A stretch of DNA of 63,259 nt, filler included, from Octopus bimaculoides (GCF_001194135.2; 3 parts of 3 records of this genome joined end to end with filler, not necessarily neighbours in it); one strand, 5' to 3'; positions 12,200 to 23,611 are shown, counted from the first letter of the whole stretch. The notes: generated by a model from the letters alone, not told the origin. Numbers and translations: made by a program.

Positions 12200-14600
12200 A
12201 ATGCCCGGATGTAACGGTAACAAAAAAAGTATTGTTATAAACTGTTGCGATAAAAAGCTTAGGAATAAACATCACACATTTACTTGGAATTTCAATACCC
12301 CGGATGTAATTGTAATAATCCAGAAATGCATATTAGTGCACGTGTAGTTGAAATGATAGTAACTCAGATGTATAACATTTTAAAGAATGCAAATGGAATT
12401 TATTATTAGTGATTAATGGTCTATTAGTTAATCGTAACAACACGGAGAGAACAATTGCGGTCCGATGTTATTTATAACACGATTATTTCTCATGTTAGTA
12501 TCCCAGATGTAGCGATACAAGTTCAAGAATGTAATTTATTTCACATGTAGTTTTAATGATAGCCACCCGGCTTTACCGGTAATAACTGTAATGAATTTTG
12601 TAAAGGAATGTCTATTATTCGACGTTTAATTCAAAATATGGTACCCTAAGTGTAGCGCTACAGGATAACGATGTATACTATCTCGTGTGTGGATCTAATG
12701 ATACAAGTCAGTATGACGGTAACAAGTATAAGGTAAATAGTTAAAGAAAGTATACTATCAAAATAGTTGTTGTTATAGCAGTAACACAGATCAGCGTCAC
12801 TAACAGTTGCGATATCAGCAAGAAAATATTTATATCACATGAGTAGTTATAGCGATATAAGAGCCCACATGTAGTTGTAATAACTGCTGATGTAACTGTA
12901 GCAACAACAGCTAAAGAATTTGAAGATGTTATGTATAGTCGTAATGATAGTATACCGTATGTAGCAGTAACAATTCTAGCAGTGATAGTTGCAATGAATA
13001 ACTCTAGAAATGTGGATAACACACGTGTAGTTGTAACTGTTGAGACTCGCATATAGCTGTAACAATTCTACGATATTAGCTCTGCAAAGTGTGGCTGCCA
13101 CATGTATAGTTGTGAAGGTAATAACTCCATATGTCTTAGTAATAATTCCAGTAATATTACTTGCAATGAATAACTTTAGAAATGTATACATCACTCGTGT
13201 AGTTTGGAATGTTAGTTATAATGTTAGTCTCGCATATAGCAGTAGACATTCTTATAGTGATGGTTGTTGTAATAACTCTACCACACGCATAGTTGTAATG
13301 ATAGCCGTGAGGTATAACTTTAGATATCACGCGTAAAGTAGTATTTCATATGTACGAATAACATTCTAGAAGGGATTATTAGAATAATAGCTCTTTAAAT
13401 GTGGCAAACACAAGTTTAGCTATAATGGAAGACACCATGCATTGCAGCAAAATTCTAGTAATTTTAGTTGTAATAAATAACTTTGCAAATGTACAGCTGT
13501 AATGTTAGCTACAATTCTAGCAGTTATAATTACAATAACAGTTCTGTGAATCTGGTCGTTATTCCACTAAGTGTAATGAAATTTTTCCATATGCAGCACT
13601 AACGATTTTGGTTCTATTGATAGTTACATAATAGTTCTGGCAACGTGGCCACTATACGTAGAACTGCACCGTTAGTGTCCCATATGTAACCATAAAAATT
13701 TATAATAGTAATACTTACGGTAATAATACTAATCCGTATGACTATAGCGATAGTATCCCTTATGTAACAAGAAGAATTCTAGCAGTGCTCGCTATAGAAA
13801 TAATTCTGAAAATCTGACCACTATCCACGTTGTTGTAATGGTAGTCTCCCATATGTAGCAATGAGAATCTTAGCAATGATTGTTGAAATAAATAGCTCTA
13901 GAAATGTAGATTTAACACAAGTAGCTAAAATGATAATGACCCGTATAATTGTTGTTTCATAGTTGAAATAACAGGCAAAGAGAGCGAACGGTTACGTAAG
14001 TATTAGAAATGACACGCATGGATTTTGTGGTAACAACTTTACCTATAATGAATATAGTGATATTTCCTGCTTGAGTGTGGATGCTACACAAGCTGTTGCC
14101 ATGGTAATACTTGGATTCAATGCTAACAAATGTAGCTCTATAAAAAAAAAAAAAAAAAAAAGAAACATGCAAACTGATAAAAGCCATTCTCGTGTGGAAG
14201 TCTTTAGCTGGTTGTTTAACTTGCTAAAAATAGTAGCTACTTATTTTTCTCTCAAAATAAAAGCTACTAAAGAAGGGTAGACGCCCCTAGAGTACGGGAT
14301 GGTCATAGTGGGAAAACTTTTGATCACAGCTACTCTCATTCATGGTTGGAGTGTTATCCAACAACAACAACAATAGCAACAACAGCAACAAATGATACAA
14401 CTTGATCAGGAGTAAATTTAATAACAGTACCCAGATGTATAAGCAACAAGGTGATAATACCCGGAGGTAAAACACACACATACACATACACCCGCACTGA
14501 TTCTGACTAATCAATGCAAGGTAAACTAACAGGTGCAGAAGCCACGTATTGTGCCAGTACCCGGATGCAATAATTAGTATCATAATGGTAACTAAAGCAA
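12200..14600. repeat. Cryptic, highly degenerate tandem array with ~80-105 bp (mean ~90 bp) unit
   Basis: Recurrent AATTCTA-type anchors at 12972, 13064, 13144, ~13247, 13775 and 13866, with repeating AATAACTCTAGAAATGT / CACGTGTAGTTGTAATGATAG / CCCATATGTAGC motifs. Confidence 0.65.
14290..14395 (+). mobile_element. SINE-C 3' fragment with (CAA)n tail
   Basis: GGGATGGTCATAGTGGGAAAACTTTTGATCA matches the 11620 and 11830 copies. Confidence 0.5.
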
Positions 14601-14612
14601 CATTTAGAAATG

Positions 14613-14700
14613 TAGTTGTTATTGTTTAGCCACTGGTCAGATTTCTGAGTAGCCATATAATCAATGGTACTCAAGCTATGACCGTTCCTTCATTTCAATT
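14613..14700 (-). mobile_element. SINE-C 3' fragment
   Basis: Reverse complement of the SINE-C tail (TTGTTTAGCC..GGTCAG...TATGACCGTTCC). Confidence 0.45.
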
Positions 14701-14940
14701 CGGTGTTACGTACGGTTCAAAGTATACAGCTCTTTTGAAGACGTTAGGGAGTAATTAGAGAGAGTTTTAGCTACTACGTATAGACTAAACACTCATACGG
14801 AAGCTTGCTGGCTGGTTGTGGAGTTCGATATGGAGTGGTAGAGATTACAACCGGATAGACACAATAACAAGGTTGTCGAACTGAGTGATAATGATAAGTG
14901 AAGATTATCACTCCTTAACGTGATAAGTGAAGATTATCAC

Positions 14941-15147
14941 AGAAGTGTTAGCACAACGGGCGAAATGCTTAGCGGTATTTCGTCTGCGATTACGTTCTGG
15001 GTTCAAATTCCGCCGAGGTCGACTTTGCCTTTCATCCTTTCGGGGTCGATAAATTAAGTACCAGTTACGCACTGGGCTCGATTTAATCGACTTAATCCCT
15101 TTGTTTGTCCCCTCTATGTTTAGCCCCTTCTGGGCAATAAAGAAATG
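14941..15147 (+). mobile_element. SINE-A long-tail subfamily, 5'-truncated, ~12-bp TSD
   Basis: SINE-A body plus tail TTTGTCCCCTCTATGTTTAGCCCCTTCTGGGCAATAAAGAAAT. TSD GAAGATTATCAC 14929-14940 / GAAAATTATCAC 15148-15159. Confidence 0.9.
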
Positions 15148-16201
15148 GAAAATTATCACTCCTAACTATCATGAACACACAACGAGGTGGGAACCTTGTG
15201 TGTGGTCGTTCAAATTATGAGAAACAGATGCCAGATCACCATCAGTTCTCATCACATATCCTATCGGGGGAAAAATAAAAGAGGAGGCACATGGTATGAC
15301 AATAACTACAAGATATCTGTAAGAAAAAAAACACGTGATGGTTAAAGTTGATTTTGGCAAAACAATAACATCAAAAACAACAGCCACGACAACAAGCAAG
15401 GAGACAAGGTTCTGCATTTTCGCTCGTCAATTTACCGCAACATAATCTCTATTATCCTAATTAAAGGCAAGGCATATAGGTTAATGCAATTACTTCTTAC
15501 ATATATTATCGCAACGTAAGATAGGATAGGCATGACCGGAAGGCTCTGACGTTAGGTTTACTCGAAAAGATATGAACAGTAGATAAACAATAACAGCAAT
15601 AACAAGTATTTAGAATTTAACGAATTTACTGACGATACATATTGACGGATGTAAGACATATTAACTTAGAGAGACCAACAGGAAATATCTCAAAAATGCC
15701 AAGGTGTACCGTTTGGAAGAAGATCTAGCAGGAACTATGAAAGCCAGTGGCTGTTAATGTCACACGTTTGATGTACTGGGAATACGCAGGTATCAGGGGC
15801 AATATTGAAAGTTACATTTCACTTTATTGTATATCGTCAAATCGGCCTTGATTGGTCAGATATAAGATCAAAAGTGATCCCTCTACCACACGTGGCCATT
15901 TTTTCCTTGTTAGCATGTTCTTTTTTCAGAAATACTACAAATACGACCATATTAAACATTTACTTTCCATTTAGCAGGCTATAGTATAATTTGAGGAAAA
16001 TTTGGCAGCTACTTCTAGGATATCCCCTGTTGGCTCAAATTATTTCACACCAAATGGTCTCAGGTTTGATTCCCGTAACCGAATATTATTTGTGAATATT
16101 CACATGACATTTGGTACGTTACTTCCGCCATAGTTTTGTGCCGACGAAAGAGAGTAAGCAGAATTCTGTTATGTATGTATGTATGCATACTTGCAAGCAT
16201 G

Positions 16202-16235
<34 letters not shown>

Positions 16236-16374
16236 TGTATGTATGTATGTATGTATGTATTGTATTGTATTATCAACTATATATGAACTATATATGTATA
16301 TATATGTATGTATGTATATATATATATATANNNNNNNNNNNNNNNNNNNNNNNNNNNNNNNNNNNNNNNNNNNN

Positions 16375-16386
16375 TTAATTAATTAA
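16375..16386. other. Assembly linker TTAATTAATTAA inside an N gap (also at 37079-37090)
   Basis: The identical 12-mer is embedded in Ns at two places and has stops in all six frames. Confidence 0.85.
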
Positions 16387-16430
16387 NNNNNNNNNNNNNN
16401 NNNNNNNNNNNNNNNNNNNNNNNNNNNNNN

Positions 16431-16725
16431 GTAAAAGGAGAAAGGGCTCTATACCCCTTTCTTATTTTTTCTGACCAGGGTCCCGTGGTTTTATGGGTTT
16501 TTCCACGTGTAACCTTTCCTTTTTCGAAGTGCCTCCCCTTTGGGAGTTCTATTTATTTATTTATCTATTTATTTGTTATATCTTTCTCTGTTTTCTTCCT
16601 CTGTTTAGACGAACTTTCCTACCTTTTCGGACAAAACCTTTTGTAACCTTCGTCCTGTCTTTGTCCTTACATGTTTTTAATTGATATTAGCCCTTGTGGC
16701 CAATAAAACGAATTAATTATTATTA
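16431..16725 (+). mobile_element. 3' UTR/tail of an L1/Tx1-like LINE
   Basis: Pyrimidine-rich UTR ending GTCCTGTCTTTGTCCT..ATGTTT...TTAGCCCTTGTGGCCAATAAAA followed by (ATT)n. The tail resembles the SINE-A long-tail end. Confidence 0.5.
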
Positions 16726-16819
16726 TTATCATCTTTTATTTTCCTATATATATATATATATATAATATGTGACAATTATTTGGTAGCCATGATAAAACTC
16801 CGAGTATATATATATTTAT

Positions 16820-17020
16820 GTGTGTGTGTTTGTCCCACCCACCACCATCGCTTGACAACCAATTTTGATGTGTTTGCATCCCCATAACTTAGCTGTTCAG
16901 CAGAAGAGGCTGATAGAATAAGCACCAGGCTTACAAGGGGGCGATTTCTTCATTTAAAGGGTGGTGCTCCAGCATGGCCTCAGTCAAATGACTGAAACAA
17001 GTAAAAGAATAAAAGAATAC
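16820..17020 (+). mobile_element. SINE-B 3' half, CpG-decayed
   Basis: CGCTTGACAACC...GGTGCTCCAGCATGGCC..AGTCAAATGACTGAAACAAGTAAAAGAATAAAAGAAT. Confidence 0.8.
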
Positions 17021-17169
17021 CAGAAGAACATTCTGTACCATGAAACCAAGAAGGTTCTCTGAATATGTACGATGCATTTTAAGGCTAAATGGTAATTCTG
17101 TTTACATTTGTGTAACTGAGATATTTTGGTTGTATTATATAGTTATTAGTATTACACTTCTTTCTATAT

Positions 17170-17270
17170 TCTGTATCACAATATAGAAGCATTATTCATG
17201 GCACCAGAACACAATTTACAGATGCTTACATTTTCTATATTTCTCATGAAGTTTTCATGGGTCCAGCTAG
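17170..17270 (+). mobile_element. Helitron 3' terminus, same family as 29027-34782
   Basis: GCACCAGAACACAATTTACAGATGCTTAC matches the reverse complement of ~29060-29100. CpG-decayed hairpin CTCATGAAgttTTCATGGG at 17243-17261, then CTAG|T at 17267-17271. Confidence 0.75.
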
Positions 17271-17285
17271 TTATCATTATTATTG

Positions 17286-17512
17286 AAGGTAGCAAGCTGG
17301 CAGAATTGTTAGCACACTGAGCAAAATGCTTAGTGGAATTTTGTCCATCTTCACATTCTTTGTTCAAATGCCACCAAGGTCGACATTGCCATTCATCCTT
17401 TTGGAGTCAATAAAATAAGTACCGGTTAAGCACCTGGGATCATTGTAATTGACTAGCACCCTCCCTCTCCCATTGGAAAAAAAATTAAAGCCTTGTGTCT
17501 TTAGTAGAACAG

Positions 17513-17548
<36 letters not shown>
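17286..17548 (+). mobile_element. SINE-A, heavily CpG-decayed, with (ATT)n tail
   Basis: GGTAGCAAGCTGGCAGAATTGTTAGCACACTGAGC versus GGCGG(T/C)GAGCTGGCAGAATCGTTAGCACGCCGGGC in younger copies. Confidence 0.85.
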
Positions 17549-17551
<3 letters not shown>

Positions 17552-17779
17552 ATCTATTGTTGCATGGTATTGATGTTGTAACCAATTTAATTATGCTTCC
17601 TATTGACAATGGTGTGCATGGTGTACAGGCTGCATGGGCAGCCACTTTACATGTGTATACTTGCTGTAGTTGAAGGTATATAGCATTTAAGGAAGAGAGT
17701 GGGATAGTATGGGTTTCCACATTATGTCATTGCCTATTGAACCAAAACCAGTGGTCTAGGATCTCTTCTTTAAAAGTTC

Positions 17780-18300
17780 TTTTATGCTGTCCATATCTTT
17801 CTTTACTTTTTATCAAGAACTTTCTAGATAATTGTTGCTCATGTAGATAAACAGCTTAAGTGCACTGCATCAACTCCAAGGTTAAGATCTAATTTTCCTG
17901 GGTTTGCTCTCAAATACTTCATCACAGTTCTCAAGAAAACCATTGATAATTGGCAGGGTCTTGATTTTGTGAACTTCTTTGTCTCAACATTTGGGAATTT
18001 TGTATTTCAATACTTTACTTTTTCCTTTTTCTTAGTTCTGGTATCAAATGGTCATGCCATGTTGATTACAAGACACACTTTCTTCTGATCAACAACTACA
18101 ACATCTAGCCTTTTGTATTCTATTCTCCTCTCAGTTTGTATCAGAAAGTCTCAATACAACCTAGTTTCATTGTTTTTGTGAACTTTCATTCCTGTTTCCA
18201 CAAAATGGTCATAACTCTTTCCTGTGCAGACAAAAACAAATCTCTTACATAAAATTTCAATGAATTATTACAATAATTTTATCATACCTACAATTTTTGT
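17780..18300 (-). pseudogene. R4/Dong-like non-LTR retrotransposon, restriction-like endonuclease (REL) domain relic
   Basis: Manual translation ...YDHFVE...RLY*DFLIQTERRIEYKRLDVVVVDQKKVCLVINMA*PFDTR... matches the PD..D REL motif; multiple stops and frameshifts. Confidence 0.75.
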
Positions 18301-18949
18301 ATTTATTTTGTGCTAGGATATGCAGGTATTTTGAAAAGATCTGAGATATTTTACTATAGCCTCAGGCCAACCAAAGCGTAGTTACAGGTTGCCCTTTGAC
18401 AAGGTGTAGCACCCGTTCACCACCCTGCCAGGGTTACGACAAAGTTATGGGACTGCAGCATAATGAATTGTGAAGAGGTAGTGGAAGAGTTCAACTGAGT
18501 CAACAGTGATTCTTACATTGATGCTGAGCGGAGGAGTCCTTGAAAATCAATGGTCAGGATCACCAAGCTCTATCCAGAGAGTAACTGCAACACACCCATG
18601 GTTGTATAATCAGCTAATGAAAGATTCACTATGACTCATGTTCCCAATTCTAATTCATGATAATGGAATTGGATGGTGACAGGGAGTCATGGGAATCCGC
18701 AAAAGCAATACAATAGAAGAAGAAAAAATAAGCATTCTTACACACTGATGCATTTCTACCATTGCACATTCTACTGTCAAGTGAATAATCCTGCTTATCT
18801 GTCATTCTCTTGATCCAATTTTATCTGTTCTTGTGCTGCTAAATTCATTTCTTTCTTCAATACTCCTTTCTTTAACCAAAGACGGCTCTCTTTATCATCA
18901 CTTCTTTTGTCATTTTGAAAAAAACACAGGATGGAACTTCTCTAGTGAA

Positions 18950-19425
18950 GCCTAGAATTGAAACCTTACAGCTTTTGTGACAAGGATCAAACTACACTTA
19001 GGTCAGGTGATTTGAATATTAACTAATCAGCTTGCACAAATATCACCCCATATAAAATTTTCTATCATGTTCCACAGGTTCCAATGTAAATGGAGGTTAT
19101 AAAAGTAAAAGAACACCAGAATCAGTGTAGAGGTGGCGAGGACCCACCACGTTTGCATGTGCAGAAGTTAGAGAAGATTTTAGAGAAGACAGATGAACAT
19201 AATTCATGGTCCCTGTTTGGCTTGTGTTTAAAAGAACCTCTTCATCTTTACTGCACTTCTCCAAGCACATACCATGAACACAATATCCTCACCTCTTGCC
19301 ACACTAATTAGTAGCCTACATTTGCTATGAGTACATCACAATACATTACTAGTAAACTATTATGTAACTTTGTAAATGTTGAAATATACTGTGGTAAAAA
19401 TAAATGTTATTTCATCAATATTCAG
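18950..19425 (+). repeat. Degenerate direct repeat copy 1 (possible solo LTR); copy 2 at 21056-21485
   Basis: Both start CCTAGAATTGAAACCTTACA, share AATCAGCTTGC..AATATCACCC, and end AAAATAAAT.TT.TTTCA.CAA(T/C)A. Confidence 0.45.
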
Positions 19426-20244
19426 AGTTGGTTTTATTATGAGACAACAGGCAGCTAAACTTTGTATCAATCAATAAATATACATTTAACTAGCCTGAAA
19501 CTTTGTTTCTTCAAAGTTTGATTTCTTTTTTTTCATTTTCCTGTCTCTTTTTTCTTTCTGGCTCTACTGACTGTAAATACTCTTTTATTTATCACCTCAT
19601 TAAGGCAAACTTTTTTTTTCTTGCTAGAGTCCTAGACTTATTTTCTCTAGTTCAACACTCATTAACACTCACTAAACCCCTTCTGTTTTTTTCCGGTATA
19701 ACTTATACACATTTGATTATAGATGTATGCTTCTATATATTGTGAACTGCTCCCTCATCTTTCAGTTAATATTGTAATTTCATCCTTCTTCTCAATGATT
19801 TCAGTTCTGTACCTTATTAGGAATAAATCTTATCTGCTGAGTTTCTTGATGACCTCACTATTTCTCAGTAAATATTTTTTCCTTTGTTTTGTTTAGTTTA
19901 ATTGATAAAGGAATCAGTGCTACTACAAATAAGTTAGAAAAGAGGTTATTCCCTTGAAAGATTCCTCTTCTGATCTGAACACCAGCCATCATTACAATGA
20001 CTTTTTTTTTACTAAACACAACACCAAATTTTGTATGAGTGAATCATAGTGTATAGAATCAAATATTTGTTACTATCTTAAAACTGTAAGAGACAAAATT
20101 TCAAACTTGAGTGTAAAAACTACAAAATACTAATCAAAAAAGTAAATATTGATATCTATGGGAAGTGTTCCAAAAGTGGACATGGTAAATATGTTTGCTT
20201 CCCAAATCATTAGTAGAAATCATTTAAGATAATCAGATTGAGTA

Positions 20245-20825
20245 CGCATGGAAGAAGCAACTTGATCATGTCTCCATGTTGTATATTCTCCCTGGGCCAA
20301 TTTGGGGCATTCTTAATCAATGTAAGCCATTGTTTCATCTTAAATTTTACATAGTCAACATTTTTCAGGCATTGTCTTCCCATATACATATTTCCTCAGG
20401 TTGTTTGTTTACATTGCTTGAGTTTGAGCTGTTATAATAAGGCCTTTCTATTTTCTATTGCCCCTTTTTCAATCAAGTCCAGGATTTTTCTCCATATACA
20501 TCCTCAGTAGCTTTCCAAAACTGACTATGCAAAAGTTTCTCTTTAACCTGCTTAACATGTTCATTTTGAATTTCATTCTCGTCTTTTTCTCTTTTTCCAG
20601 TCTTGATCACCCATTCTTTATTCACTACTTTTAATAACTTTTCTGTGTTGTTCTGCAAATAATCTAGTAAGCTGTTTTGTTCTATCTGCACACACTCTTC
20701 TATACCAATTAAACCCTTTCCATACTGGTCTCTTTTTAAGTACAACCAGTTAATATCAGCTTTTGGATGGTGGACTCCATGCAGTATCAACAACTTTCTA
20801 ATTTTTCTGTTAGGTTTCTGCATTT
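20245..20825 (-). pseudogene. R4/Dong-like LINE RT thumb plus zinc-knuckle relic
   Basis: ORF 20473-20856 gives RKIRKLLILHGVHHPKADINWLYLKRDQYGKGLIGIEECVQIE...LHSQFWKATEDV. It continues with frameshifts to C..C...DETMA.I..ECPKLAQGEY..WRHDQVA. Confidence 0.85.
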
Positions 20826-21055
20826 CCCCTCCTGCCCCACCCTCAGCTGCATGCATCTATCTGTCTGTCTGTCTTTATCTTTTTATTTATTTGCATGTCT
20901 GTTTGGCTTTGAAACCATTTAATCTCCCTTTCACTGTTTTCTGTTTTGCTCCCACCTCACAATTTTATTTCTATGAAGTAAAATTCTGATTCAAGAGAAA
21001 ATGGGTAAAGGTTTGTGTCAGTAAAAAGTTAGCGCATAGGAGAATTCATAATGAT

Positions 21056-21485
21056 GCCTAGAATTGAAACCTTACAATTTTAGTAACTAGGATTAGACCA
21101 TACTTAAATCAGGTGACATGCCCTAATACTTACCAATCAGCTTGCTTGAATATCACCCCATATCAGGGAATGTTCCATCATGTTCCAGTAATTCCTATGA
21201 AAAAGGGATTATGTAAACAACAACGTGGATAAACAAATCACAGAGGTGCACTTTCGATGCACAGACAACAAGCCCTTTAAACAGAGAAGTTTCCTTGGTT
21301 GCAGCTCAGCTCTGGGTTAAAGTAATTTTTGACTATGATGGGCAGAACATTATTCCTGCCTTTCACACAAAGCTAATCTTTTCTATTTTTTAATGTAACT
21401 TTGAACTACACATGCCACTGGCAAGCAAATATGTAAAAACATAAACATTGTAATTTCTATAAAAATAAATATTTTTTCAGCAACA
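21056..21485 (+). repeat. Degenerate direct repeat copy 2 (possible solo LTR)
   Basis: See 18950-19425. Confidence 0.45.
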
Positions 21486-22067
21486 TTTGGGAGGAAAGAT
21501 CAACTTCATCCAACAAAAGTGACAATGGTGACCAGCAACATTCATCCAGCACAATATTGATAACCTGACTTTAGAAAATGCAGCCAATCTTCCACTTTGA
21601 TAACTTGGATATTTAAACAAGCTATCAACATGATGATTTTTGGTGACAGAGAAATGACGAATCTTTTCTGTTTGTTCACAGTTTACAGTTCTTTTAATTT
21701 TGTTCCAAATTTGGTGTACTGATGTAGTTTTGTATGCTAATTATAGAAATTCATTTTTGTTATAAATTAATAAATAAAAAGTTAATAACTTTCAAAGTTT
21801 TCAAATTTTGAGTAATTTTAGCAAATCAAAAAACAGACATATTGGTGCCTGTTTCCATAGTAACTAGTCAAAGTATAGTCTGCTTCAGTTGTGTTTTTTT
21901 GAGAAACATTTTCAGTTGCTGTCCTGTCACTAACCCATTTTCATAATTTTTAACTGTGTTTTCCTGAACTTTTTCACCCTGAGTAGAAGCATGACTGAAG
22001 CCAACTTGTTTAAGCTTTTGAGTATGGTGGAGAAATTGAAAACTGGGGAGGAAGTAGTTTCTTATTT

Positions 22068-22282
22068 CTTTATTGCCCAAAAGGGGCTAAACATAGAGGG
22101 GACAAACCAAGACAGACAAAGGGATTAAATCGATTACATCGACCCCAGTGCGTAACTGGTACTTAATTTATCGACCCCGAAAGGATGAAAGGCAAAGTCA
22201 ACCTCGGCGGAATTTGAACTCAAAACGTAACGACAGACGAAATACCGCTAAGCATTTCGCCTGGTGTGCTAACATTTCTGCC
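22068..22282 (-). mobile_element. SINE-A long-tail subfamily, young, inserted in the Merlin relic
   Basis: Perfect 19-bp TSD AGGAAGTAGTTTCTTATTT at 22049-22067 and 22283-22301. Confidence 0.95.
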
Positions 22283-22429
22283 AGGAAGTAGTTTCTTATT
22301 TGCAAGAGAAAGGTGTTATCTCTAAAAGGCTGGGGNNNNNNNNNNNNNNNNNNNNNNNNNNNNNNNNNNNNNNNNNNNNNNNNNNNNNNNNNNNNNNNNN
22401 NGGGGGGGGGGGGGTTATGTACAAAGAGA

Positions 22430-23046
22430 CACCACATTATATGAAGAAGATGCTTCATAGGAAAATTTACTGGTAGTTCTTCTAAAAAAGATGCAACAAG
22501 TGTGTGTCTGTCAGAAAGTTGGAAGGTGGCACTTAGGATTGTACTGTTTTTTTCCCTTTACTCATGGGTTAAAGAATTGACTTAAGTCCGGTTTGGTGTT
22601 GAAGAACTGGGGATGAGCCATTGCACTGCTGTTGATTATTACAACAATGTTCATGAAATATGTGTGGAGGACTTGCTCTGCAACCCTGTATAGATAGGTG
22701 GTCCTGGGAAGATTGGTGAGATAGATGAAACAGTTTTCTCAGGACATAAATACAACCAAGGAAAAATGCTCATTACCTGAGCAGTGCGCTCTTGGAGGAA
22801 TGTGTGACAAGACCAGACCTGTTTTTCTTTATGCGGTGCCATGTTGGAATTGTGTCACACAAGAAGAATGCATACATCAGTTGGTTCTTCCAGGAACCAT
22901 AATTTCCAGTGACTTGTGGAGGGTCTACTCTCACATACTGTAAATTGATGGTTAAAATCAACACAGTATAGTGATCCACAGTATTGAATTTATTAACTTG
23001 AAACATGGTACCCACACACAGCAAGTAGAAAACACATGGGCCTCTG
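22430..23046 (+). pseudogene. Merlin/ISXO2-like DDE transposase pseudogene
   Basis: IGGPGKIGEIDETVFSGHKYNQGK..PEQCALGGMC...VLPGTIISSDLWRVY...VIHSIEF...GTHTQQVENTW. All three catalytic motifs (IDE, SD.W, EN.W) are present; stops and frameshifts. Confidence 0.88.
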
Positions 23047-23573
23047 AATTTTCACTACAAAAAAATGTATTGTAATTTTTCGAAAAAAGATAAAAGAAAA
23101 TTTGTTGAGGATTTTACCTTTTTATTTTGTTTTCATGCCTATTCCAACATTTCATATGACTTTATTCATTAAAATTTATTAAAACTTCTGTCGTTGAATG
23201 TTTTATAGTTGTAATGTTGTCATCATGCACAAAATGCCAGCTTTCAAATCTTGTTTTATAATTGGGTAAAAATAATCAAAGTTTAAGCCTCAATAACATT
23301 TTTCTAAAATTTTTCTGAAACAAGTGAATAACAAAGTCAGATTCTGTGTGAAAATAACATCAATATACTAAATTTGAAAGTTTTCAGTTGATTTTAAAAT
23401 TTCAAAAACTATGAATGAAACAGAAAAGATGGGTCTGCTTATTTTGGAGGAATAGCACACAGCCAAGTTCAACTTCACTAACCATTAATCATCCCAACCT
23501 AATAGCATTGCCATAAAGAGTTTCCTTGCCACTAAGAAAGAAGAATTTAACATTTTGGATCCTTGCTCATTAT

Positions 23574-23611
<38 letters not shown>

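Larger units (their letters stand above)
21661..23430 (+). mobile_element. Merlin (IS1595/ISXO2-like) DNA transposon relic with degenerate inverted ends
   Basis: Contains an internal transposase relic. 21661-21732 (ATCTTTTCTGTTTG...CAAATTTGGTGTACTGATGT) is an imperfect reverse complement of 23351-23430. Confidence 0.6.

Noticed and set aside
12200-14600. CRISPR-like periodicity
   Set aside because: Eukaryotic context, no invariant repeat with unique spacers, and no cas genes; the whole unit is degenerate.
16375-16386. TTAATTAATTAA palindrome (also 37079-37090) as a biological motif
   Set aside because: It is embedded symmetrically in N runs twice, so it is an assembly spacer.
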